Below are positions 54,304-64,000 of a stretch of DNA of 64,000 nucleotides, piece by piece. Origin of the DNA: Toensbergia leucococca (Eukaryota); assembly GCA_022813965.1 (NCBI GenBank), contig JALDZS010000134.1, positions 1-64,000 on the forward strand. Direction: 5' to 3'. Within the stretch, counting starts at the first letter, position 1; every line of letters starts with the position of its first letter. Below the pieces are notes generated by a model. That model had not been told where the DNA came from, searched no databases, and saw only the letters and a program-made list of their open reading frames with translations. The translations under genes were made by a program, and so were the position numbers.

Positions 54304-55041
54304 CTAGACCCACAATTTCGTATCGTTGCTAAGGTCATCCGCCGCCCAAATTTCAAGACTTGCTGACCTCACGTTTGCCCACGCAGGAGACCTTGCACAT
54401 GCCATCAAGACCAGTCTATCACCCTCGACCATGTCATCATATATATCATGACCTTTATACAGCTCAATGGTGTAATTTTCCCATCTGCATCCAGTATGCT
54501 TGTTGTGAGCTACGCGATACTTCCTTGGTGCCCGACCATTGTGGTACCTGTCTCCTAACGGCAAGTGCTTATATTCGTTTGAATCCTCTGCTTTCTTTAC
54601 ATCTACCTGAACAGTCGCTCCGAAAGATTCGTCTTTAGAGAAAATCGGTGGGCTATCATTTAGGAGGACGGCATCAAACCAGGTCCAAACATAGCCATAG
54701 TTTCCGGAGTACCAGCTTCGTCCCTGATCCTTGCTGGTGAATTTGAAAACGATCTTCCGAATGCTACTAATCTTCTTTGGGGTTAATTCTGGCGATGAGA
54801 GAACGATCTTATCCCCGCGGCCTTCATCAGTAACATCAGGAACCTGAAAGTCTTGAGTATCTAAAGAAGTGGCAAATACGGAAGACCACTTCTCCGCGTA
54901 GTCAACGATTTTTATGGCCAGCTCTGGAGGAAGAGGTTTTACTAGGGAAGGCGAAGACAGAATCGAGTAGATTTCAAGGTTGTCTTCACGACTTGGAGTG
55001 TAGAATAGAGGCTCTGAGGCTGCTCCTTGATTGAAACCCAT
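54304..55041 (-). CDS. Uncharacterised fungal protein (245 aa)
   Basis: Intronless ATG-initiated ORF with globular composition. Contains LPPELAIKIVDYAEKW, SKDQG..WTWFDA and GDRLVL..ARSPAWANV, a pattern I associate with an uncharacterised fungal family. Confidence 0.7.
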   Translation of the reverse strand: MGFNQGAASEPLFYTPSREDNLEIYSILSSPSLVKPLPPELAIKIVDYAEKWSSVFATSLDTQDFQVPDVTDEGRGDKIVLSSPELTPKKISSIRKIVFKFTSKDQGRSWYSGNYGYVWTWFDAVLLNDSPPIFSKDESFGATVQVDVKKAEDSNEYKHLPLGDRYHNGRAPRKYRVAHNKHTGCRWENYTIELYKGHDIYDDMVEGDRLVLMACARSPAWANVRSASLEIWAADDLSNDTKLWV

Positions 55042-57299
55042 AGATGACTACAGATTTTCGAAATGCGTCTTCTGTGGATATTCGGACGTTAGGCTTTAGG
55101 TCAGGATAAAAGATATCGGGACTGCAATGATATAGTCTTTCCTGATAGACCTTCGCATTGTCCCAGGCAGCGAGGTAGCACAAGGCAAACGTTAGCCAAT
55201 CGCGAAGGTGTGCCACACAAAAAGTTTCATCTCTCCAAAGACCACGACTATAGTAGGGCGTAATTTGAGGGCATCTAACTGGACTGATAGATCATACTCG
55301 GATTAGTTAGACGATGAGCTGATCAATAATGAAAGGCTTGTAGTATCCCACGCCATGTTCGGTACTCCCATCAACGCCCCCCACGAAAAATCCATCAGGC
55401 AATAATGAGGCCGCAGCGAGGCTGGACACACCGGTCCTGACACCGGGCGCAATGTCGCAAAGGTGAAGGCAATATTTTCGACCAAATCTGCGCATGTTTC
55501 TCAATCGTTATGCCCCCACCTCTATCTCTTGCAAAACATGGATTTTGTGGTCTCCTCATCCTTGCTTTTCTTTTTGTCCTTGCATCTTAAAATTCATGGA
55601 CACACCACTACCTCCACCTGTGTCTCCTTTAAAGCTCTCTGGTCCTGCATGTTTATAGATTGCAAGTTTGAGGGCGTGAGTAGCGTCATGGGTAGTGTAG
55701 AGCTCTCCCTCCAACGCAGGGGCGAGAAGCATTATGAGTGGTGGGTGCGCGACAGCGATACTGAAGGGGTGGGTAAGCTGCGGCGACGTGCAAGGCGTCC
55801 TGCCTCGCCGAAATCAGGAAGTCTGGGTCAGAATTTTTCGCTAACCAGCCCTACGGAAGTTTAGGCAACGTCCGAGGGTCAGCACTCTCAGTGACGAAGG
55901 AAAAATCGTAAATAGATTAAACGATTTACAGAGTGAAGGAAACTTTGAACAAATTCGAAACTCAGAGGTAGTAAACAAGATAAATCCTCCTGCTGGGCGA
56001 TTTTCTGCGCTTGTCCCAATAAATTTCGATCACATTTGATCTCCGCCTATTCTACTTTTTGCCGATTTCCGTTCGCACCCTCGCTCTTTGTGATAGCGCT
56101 GTAGCGCTGTGGCGCTCCTCCACAACGTAAAGACTTCTTACCAACCGAACGCCTCCTGCCAGCCGATTGGTCAATGTTGCGAGGGGCAAAGGGCTTGGGA
56201 ACTAGGTAGACTTTGCATGTGCATCATGAGAGAACGAGCCGCCCCGGGGATGCAGTTCGTGCTGCCGAATGTCCTACCAGAGAGCCAGCACTGCCAGGCT
56301 ACCTTACGGTCCCGCTACAAGGTCTCTTCTTCATCATGATGATTATCGCTTGAGCGTCTGGTCTTTCAGACTGGGAAGGACCTTCAGGATGAATACGAAT
56401 GGCGTCCGATAGATGCTTCTCGGCAGAATAAATCTCTCACACCCTCTCAAGAAATCAGGACAACAGACAAAGCCTCAAACAAGTGTCTGGCCCCTTTTCA
56501 CAAGCTGCTGTCAGCTGTGTGCGTTGTCACATTAAGAACAACTAGGTAATCACGTAATGACCCTGAGTCGCAGAGTCGGTAGGCTTTCAGCTACGGAATA
56601 CAAGGGCATGGCGGACCGAGCCGTCTTGCTTACACTTGGAGCTCCTTCCCGCTTCCCCATGAAATGATGCTGGGTCATAGTCCGCAGCTACTGGACAATG
56701 CCTTTCGCCTGAGTACCAAATGACCGCGGCATCAGTGGTTAAATGAATACAATTGGAAAGGGCCTTGGTTATCCACACAAATACAGGTTCAAAACACCAA
56801 AGGAAAGGCGGAAGCAGCACCTCTAGAGTAGTTCGACTCTCGCAAAATTTCAAAGGGTAACACAGAGAAACAGGTTGAGACAGTGAGTGCAGTGCTCATG
56901 GCAAATAAGCGTCATGCAATGCTTCCCTTTACCCTAGTTGAAACTCCCATTGTGATATAACTTCATTCATGATCAACGCTGACTGAACCTCGCCCATGGT
57001 CACTCATATCAAACCAAAACCTACATGCTGAGTGTCACTAAGCTGCAGACCCAGAGCCTCGCATCGCCCCTAAAACTACTACAGCTGACATCAAGACAAA
57101 TCGAAGAAAAATGCAATTCACTGACACCAAATTTGCCCTCTCACCCCTCTCACTTGATCCCCTTGACAAAAGCCCCATCACGAAACATACCCTCCCCAAG
57201 CCTAAAGACCACCCGTAAACCAAGACTCAAAAACCGCACCCATCGACTTCAAGCCTCAGAAGCCCCATGTAAACACGAGCCTCCGTAAACCATTGAAAC

Positions 57300-58240
57300 C
57301 CACAGACCTTAATTCAATCCCAGCAGTATCAACAAAAAGAACACACACAACAGTCAAAACAATTCATCACTTTCATATTTACTTCAAAGCTAACGTCTTG
57401 ACTGAACACCTTAACAGCTAAGCGCAGGTTTTTAAAACAGAAGAAAAAGAATAGAGAAAACAAAAAGACAATTAATTACTCTATTTGAATAGAAGATATA
57501 TTCAAGATAAGAAAGAAGTGAAGAAATTGTATACAAAAGACATAATTTCATTTTTTTCATAACTAATCTTATAAAAAAAAAACATTGAAGACATGTAGAA
57601 ATCAAAACACATCATTATTCAAAATAAAAAATCCCTCCTCTGCACACAAAAGATAAAAAAAAGAAAAGAAACCACGCCGAGGGCAAGACACTCCTCAAAG
57701 TCCAAAACCAGAAGAATCATTCAAATCACCAAGATACCCTCAAAACTCAATTCATCCCTCGCCTCGCCCCCAGCAGCTCAGACATCCATTCATTCAATTA
57801 AGAAAAGTCTCACCTACCTAGCTAGCAACATTCACCCTCCCCCCGAATCAACCACCCTCACATGAAAAACAAAATTCCTACATGAAAAAAAACCAAAAAA
57901 ATATTCATGTAAAGACTACCCCCCTTTTTTACGAAGAGGGAAAAAAGTAGCTGACAGGCCTAAGCCATACATTCTAAAAGCACCCCAATCAGCATTCCTA
58001 GAGTACTTACAGAAAAGAATAACAGAACCCAGATGCCATACCCAGCACCTGACCTCAGCACCACTACCATCCCTAGGTATATAGAATAGAATTAACAATA
58101 AATCAGAAACCATAAAACCCAAAAATCCCTCAAAAAACACTCAAAAGATTCAATAACAAAAGAATCCAAAATTCATACCATAACATTCATTCCGAAAATC
58201 ATAAAAAGAAGAGTATATCATCAAGTAACATTCTCAAACC
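57300..58240. other. A/C-rich, CpG-poor low-complexity tract downstream of the zinc-ribbon gene
   Basis: The plus strand is dominated by A runs with few G; no credible ORF. Confidence 0.6.
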
Positions 58241-58271
58241 ACAAACCTCCCCGCCAACCCTTCCCCGCAGA

Positions 58272-59507
58272 TCAGGCAGCCGACGCCTGCGGACTCAAAT
58301 CTAACCTCCGCATCCTCTCCTCCACACTCCCCACAGCCTCCTCATCCAGCCCCTCCGGCGGCCTCCTCGGCGGTGACCGCGGACACTCGTCGCAGCGCTC
58401 ATGACCGCAACTGGCGCATAATTTCTCGTCCTCTTTGAAAGTCGTGGAGCAGGTGTGGCATGTGTAGCGGATGCGGGTTCGGATGGTGCGTAAGTGGCGC
58501 TCGGCAAGGGGGTAGGTTTCTTCCCTGTCGCCGGGATAGCCGTTGGGGTGTTTGCTGAGTTTAGGTCTGTTGGGAGGGGTATTAGTGTTTTTAGATCTTT
58601 GTAAGGGGTAAAAGGGAGCAACTTACGGTTCGCGGGGACATTGGGAACAGCGATCGTGTTTGCAGCTTTCGCAGGTGATGGCTTTACCGTGGAAGAGTGT
58701 AGCACATAGGTGGCAGGTTCTACGGACGCGCTGCACCGGGCCTTTTCGAACTATTTCTTTGCCTGTTACGCGGGAGGTCATGGTAAGAGGTCTATTACGG
58801 GACGATGTCTTCATCCGCGAGAGATCGACGGCGATTATCGGCGGAATTGCTACGGGCTGGCCTCTGACTTCTGGATCTTTGGACTTTTTGGCTGGGAACC
58901 TGGGGCATTTCTTGCAACGAGTGTGTTGGCAGAAAATGCAGATTTTCTCGGCGCCAAAGGTGGTTTGACAGCGATGGCATTGGCGATGGACACGCATGCG
59001 AATCTTCTTCTCTACTCTTTCGGCATCCGCTCTGGCTGACGTCGTCCATTCACTAGGTTCTAGGGTCAGGCCATATCTTGCGAATAGAGCGCGAGCTCTT
59101 TCTTGCTGGCTTCTGGTGCTTGTCAGGGCACTTGGTCCATCCCGAACGTTCGTTGTCATTCCGCTGGGCCTGATGTCTCGGATGGATTGTTGGATAGCGG
59201 CTGGGACCGAAGGCGTTGGACCGGGCTGGGCAGGGGTTTCCAGTATTGCAGGAGGACTGAGATCATGTCAGTGAGATTCTTCGAGGGGAAATTCATGTCG
59301 ATTAACTCACCTGATCAATTGAGGAGCTGCACTTGGCCCAGCTGAAGCAGTAGGACGGTTTGTTGGCCCAGGTTCGGGTATGCCAGAAATGGGAGCTCGA
59401 TTGGAGCTTCCCCTCCTCAGAACCTTACTCGCCCGTCGTATGAACTTTGTAAAACCTTTGCTCTTCTCTTCTGGTGGCCCTGATCCACCCGGGGCAGAAG
59501 AACTCAT
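58272..59507 (-). CDS. Protein with three CHxC-x9-10-CxxCxHxRCxxCPR zinc-binding repeats
   Basis: Three exons. Repeats CHRCQTTFGAEKICIFCQHTRCKKCPR, CHLCATLFHGKAITCESCKHDRCSQCPR and CHTCSTTFKEDEKLCASCGHERCDECPR. Stop TGA at 58272-58274. Confidence 0.85.
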
Positions 59508-61410
59508 GATGGATTAGGTGTCGCCGGCATCAATGGTGGGTGTTTAGTGCTGATAGTAATCGAGTCGAAGGTGATGTCAAGACTAAAGATATGGGTCACT
59601 ATAATATATTTGGTCGGCTGTTGAGGTTGGAGGAACAACAAGGATATCAATGTCGATAATTGTATCCAGCACACGGAAATATGATCGTGGTACGAATTCA
59701 CGATGTAAGGAACGACGGTCCACAAGGCCGTCACTGAAGCATGTACCCGAGCTCGGTACGACGTCGGCGCAACCGAGATCTGATATTCTGATGGGAACCA
59801 AAAAAAGCAATCGTGGAAGTTGAAAGATTCGGCTCAACGAGTTGAAGAATTAAAGAGGGTGAAAAGGGCTGCGATTGAGATGCAGGCGTTAGTAAAATTT
59901 AGTGGAAACGAATTCACTGCAGGAGGGGTTTTTCTGTCTTCTTGGCGCGCGCGCCGACGAGGATATGTGGGCTTAAGGAGGGAGGTCGGATCATGGATCA
60001 AACTGACATGGTTCGGGTCGGGTTTGATGGAGCTGTGGGACAGTGGAGAGCGGCACTGTGGCAGAGGCACCAGTGGTAAAAGTGGAATTCAATATTTGCT
60101 GGGGTGGTTCTGGTGGAAGGCGGGTCGAGGGGTGGTTCTTCACACAAATGGCTAGGCGAAGCCGAGCTACCTCACTTACCCTGTCGGATGTGACAAATAT
60201 CTAATTAGAATAGGCTAATTAAGCGTGCGACGGACTTCCCTCTAAATTCTCAGCGCGAAGGGCGTTTATTAGGTATTCAATTACATTGCAGAACCGTTGG
60301 AAAAGTAGAAAAGTGGAAAAGTGGAAAGGCCCAAGCACTCAGTCAAACAATCTAGCAATTTATGTCATGCAGTACTCACACATGTGTCGTTCGGATGATT
60401 GCCCGGGTCTTGCATCAGTCGGTATTTCCAAGCCAGTAGTAAGCATGCATGACAGGTGGAACGACCCATGGCCTTTGATGCCTGTATGTACTACAAGACT
60501 ACGTGCTTGTGGCCGTGGGTAGTACGGCGCGGGGCGATAAACCTAGCCGCTGCCTAGGACATTTATCACAATTCACAATCGCCGATATCCCCATTCCCTT
60601 CGCCTCGCATCCAATGTCCGCTTAGAGTAGTCGGAGACATCGAAGGATCGCATCTAGATAACAGTGTCATTTGCATATATCTGACCAATACCTCGTACAC
60701 AGATACTCTAGGCTTAATCCCTATCTTCCCTACGTAGGAAAACTGTACCCTTGTCGCCTCACCTCGTCTCTATTGCTTCTTTTTGATCAATATTACATTT
60801 CTGCCATATCGGAATCCCCATGACTCTTAATGCTGCTGTTACCTGATAAAATACAAAACATACTTTCCGTATCGGCAAGCTAGTTCTCTCAGTCGGAGCA
60901 TGAAAGGGTCACCGTACATTAAATTCTACATTGAATCATATCGTCACACCACTTCCATCGACACTCTGAGAAGCATGATCATCATTTAAGCTGAAAACAT
61001 GAGGAAGAATCAAAAATCAATGCCAAGAGTCCTTGAACTAATCGCCTTGGTCATGAACGCACGTGAAGTTGTGGTGCTTGCAGCCATGTGCTGCATGTAC
61101 CTATGTCAATATCCTGTATCCCTTGCCTCTCTCACGCCCAATATTGCTTCCTTCACCTTCTATGCTTTCTTTCTTGATGTTTTTCTTAATGTCTTTCTGC
61201 CACCGTACGAGGTTCGGTAAGCCCTACGAACCCAAAACACGTTCAAAAAGATCAACATGGTTAGACTACAAGACACTCTTCCAAGATGGCCTATGAACCG
61301 TAAGTATAGGGGTGGGACATGCTTGCAAGACATCACTGCGCCCCTTCCCATCTCTCAGCACGAGCATTCTGTCTGCTTTGCTTATCTCTGTCCCGAAAAT
61401 GTCCCGATAC

Positions 61411-63353
61411 ATGTCTTTCTCTCTACCACCTGGTGGGATTCAGCCTAATCAAGAAGCATTCGTACACCGATGCTCAGATGAGATACTGGGAATTATTTTT
61501 CAACTCCTTCCGCTAGGCAACCTAAATGCTGCGCGTTTCGCTTGTCAAAGATGGTGGAAGCAGATCATGACTAACCCAGTGGTACTATCATCTGTCATGG
61601 CGGAAAAGATCTTCATGCCTTTGCACTTGAGCATTGATAGAGATAAGGCTCTTGAACACCTGACAAGGAAACTTGATATTCACATAAAGCCTGACATGGC
61701 ATATCGGCGTCTGCATTTGTGGCATATACAATACCAGCAATCCAACCTTGACTTTCACTTGCCGGGGACCGTGGACCGTACTAGGCCCGATCCAGCGGCT
61801 TCACCTTGGGTCTTCGACGCCGTAGCCTGCTGCAACAAAGGCCCCTCCATGGCTTTTCTACTCCGGGACTCAACTAGCGGCTTGGTTCCCCCATGCTACA
61901 CAATTCGCATCTATAGCTGCCAATGGTCATCTCGACCTCGACTTACTGGCTCTTATCGTTGTCTCGTGGATGGCGACAATCTACGTATCATTGATGCAAA
62001 CGAGCTCCACCGTGTGGGCGTGTGTAATGCTCAATTCGAATTAGGGGATAGTACTTTTTTTTTCTACCAGCTTAGCCTTTAACCTAGGCACCACGGGTCT
62101 CCCGAGCATGCAGAAAGGGTGTTCCTTGATGGGCAATGAAATAAAATGCCTATCCATGCTTGCCGCACAAGTGCTCACAGAAAACAGCACCAATTCATGG
62201 GAGCTGCTCTCGGATTTGCAAATTGAAGTCATTGTAAGTAGTCCTTCCAGGTTGACTAGCTAGTTACTTATCCGTTTGACAGTCATACTCACATGCTCTC
62301 GGATGTCGCAGGATCTGCGACAAGGTCAGAAGTGTTCACTTAGCCAAACGAACGGACTCAACAGATCTCTTCATTCTTACAATCACACGGAACATCCACG
62401 ACTGGCTACTCTTCGGTCGTATGGTCGACAGACAGGAGTACCCCTCCGCTGAGCCTATCGCTCAATTGTTACCACCCGTCATCGGCTGGGTCTACAGAAA
62501 CTTTACAGCAACGTATATCGCAAGATGGACACTTATCCGCATCACCGTCATTTGGCAAGACACCTCCTCCCTTGACAACGACCGTCCCATCCTCTTCTGC
62601 TACGACATCGTGCCAAAGATCAGAGTGCCCCAAAGATCCCCAGCACCATTTTCAAGCATACTATTCCTGCTTCACATCTCACTACATCACCGCTCCTTAC
62701 CAAGACTAGTCTCTTCATCCACACCTCTCCTTCCAACCTTCAGACCTGCCCTTATCCAAGGCAAGCGCATCTCCTCACTCCCTACCCATACAGGCGGCCT
62801 CCACCCCTCCAGCTCCATCTGGCAACACCGCCACCCCAGCCCAACACTGGCCCTCTATAAAATCCATACCGCCCTCGGCGGCCTTCGCTTGTTCCCAAAC
62901 CACCCCTTAGAGTCCTCCAAACGTAGGAGCATTCGCGACCTTCAGCAAAGAATCCTTGTTTGGGGCCCCGAAAGCATCGCTCCAACATCACAAATCTCAG
63001 TCATCAGCTTCGATTTTGCAGCCAGCTTCTCCAAAGCTCCGGACGACAACGACATTCCTCACGTGGTAGACTGCAGGTGCGCGCTGCATGATCTCGGATT
63101 TTGCGTCACACTCCCAGAAAAAGATCGAAGTCCACGTTTTTTGTTCTCGCCGCTGCCCGATGGGACTCTCCGGACTTGGCTCTGGACAAATGCGATTTCT
63201 TTCATCAAACGGCTTTTTATATCTAGACCGGCGTCGCCACTGGTAAAGGAGTACGATACTGACACTCGGAAAGTGGCGCTGTTGATGAAGTCACCGATTC
63301 TGCGATATATGTGGAATGCTCGAATCTTACTCTTTCCGGAAAAAGGGAGGTAA
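61411..63353 (+). pseudogene. F-box protein interrupted by a +1 frameshift in a T9 run (or a homopolymer sequencing error)
   Basis: F-box-like HRCSDEILGIIFQLLPLGNLNAARFACQRW. Removing one T at 62055-62063 opens the frame to a GTAAGT donor at 62234, and the exon from 62283 is in frame with the 62421-63353 ORF. The 3' end is uncertain (possible donor at 63350). Confidence 0.7.
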
Positions 63354-64000
63354 GTTACTTAGATTAAGGCGGCTGATACACTGACACCCCTCCCTGATAC
63401 ATTGACACATATCTGTTGAAGACACGATGTATCATACAATCAACACGCTCAATTTGAGAAGAGTAAACAGAATTTGTTTCATTCATCCTCGAAAAAACAT
63501 GTCTCTTCAGAAGTAGGTTTGTGTTGTATAAAGAGAAATGTTTTTTGAGCATCGAACATGTTTTCTTCAAATAGGGGCGTTATGTATCAAAAAAGGGGTG
63601 TCAGCATATCAGTGGCCTCGAAAAAACCCCGAGTCGAAATCTAAAGCATAAACCTAGTAAGGAATGATGGCCAACCGTAATGGGGCCAGCCACCTTTGTA
63701 ACACAATCCATCATCACGCCACTCCCATCACCACTCTCCCCAGGAAAAACACCCCTTGCAATCGCATCTCCATCACCTCTCCCGCCATCGGCTCAAACCC
63801 CAGAATCTCCCATCATCTGCCCAAGCAACCCTTGCTGTCGTCTCAAATCCCACAATAGCACGCCAATTCCCCCCAGCGACCTAAAAAACCCACGCCAAGT
63901 CCGTATACGAATCACCCTCCCACCGCTCCTGAAACCCCGAACACGCCCGCCTTCCTCGGCCCACACCGTCGCATCCCCCTCCCTATACCCCCACTCCCTC

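Noticed and set aside
63664..64000. C-rich window end with open or nearly open frames on both strands
   Set aside because: Truncated by the window edge, compositionally biased, and the Trp-rich minus frame contains several stops. No gene can be supported.

Overview
This is gene-dense, intron-rich eukaryotic DNA from a filamentous ascomycete (Pezizomycotina). That assignment is inferred from short GT-AG introns with CTRAY branch points and from the gene content. About 25 protein-coding loci can be reconstructed. Recognisable ones are the 5' end of Golgi apyrase YND1, an AAA+ ATPase, Rieske Fe-S protein, a Dpb3-like histone-fold protein, a CLC channel, a DUF4452-like protein, a SNG1-like membrane protein, PKC1, a hemerythrin-domain protein, a large secreted propeller/Ig-like/5xWSC protein, ALG3, eIF1AD, an MFS transporter, eIF2B-alpha, NECAP, Ras, a molybdopterin-binding-domain protein, GMF, an SDR, a triple zinc-ribbon protein and an F-box protein. 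No rRNA, tRNA, CRISPR array or intact transposon was seen. Four observations stand out. (1) A tandem pair of diverged paralogs (39.1-45.2 kb) encodes a protein I cannot assign to a family, with identical micro-exon structure, a conserved ~190-aa core and a hydrophobic C-terminal tail; one copy has two frameshifts. (2) Sharp C/A-rich to G/T-rich strand-skew flips recur, even inside coding exons. (3) An ATG-initiated 122-codon ORF overlaps the histone-fold gene start out of frame. (4) The F-box gene is split by one extra T in a T9 run. Gene models and family names come from manual reading and motif recognition, not from database searches.
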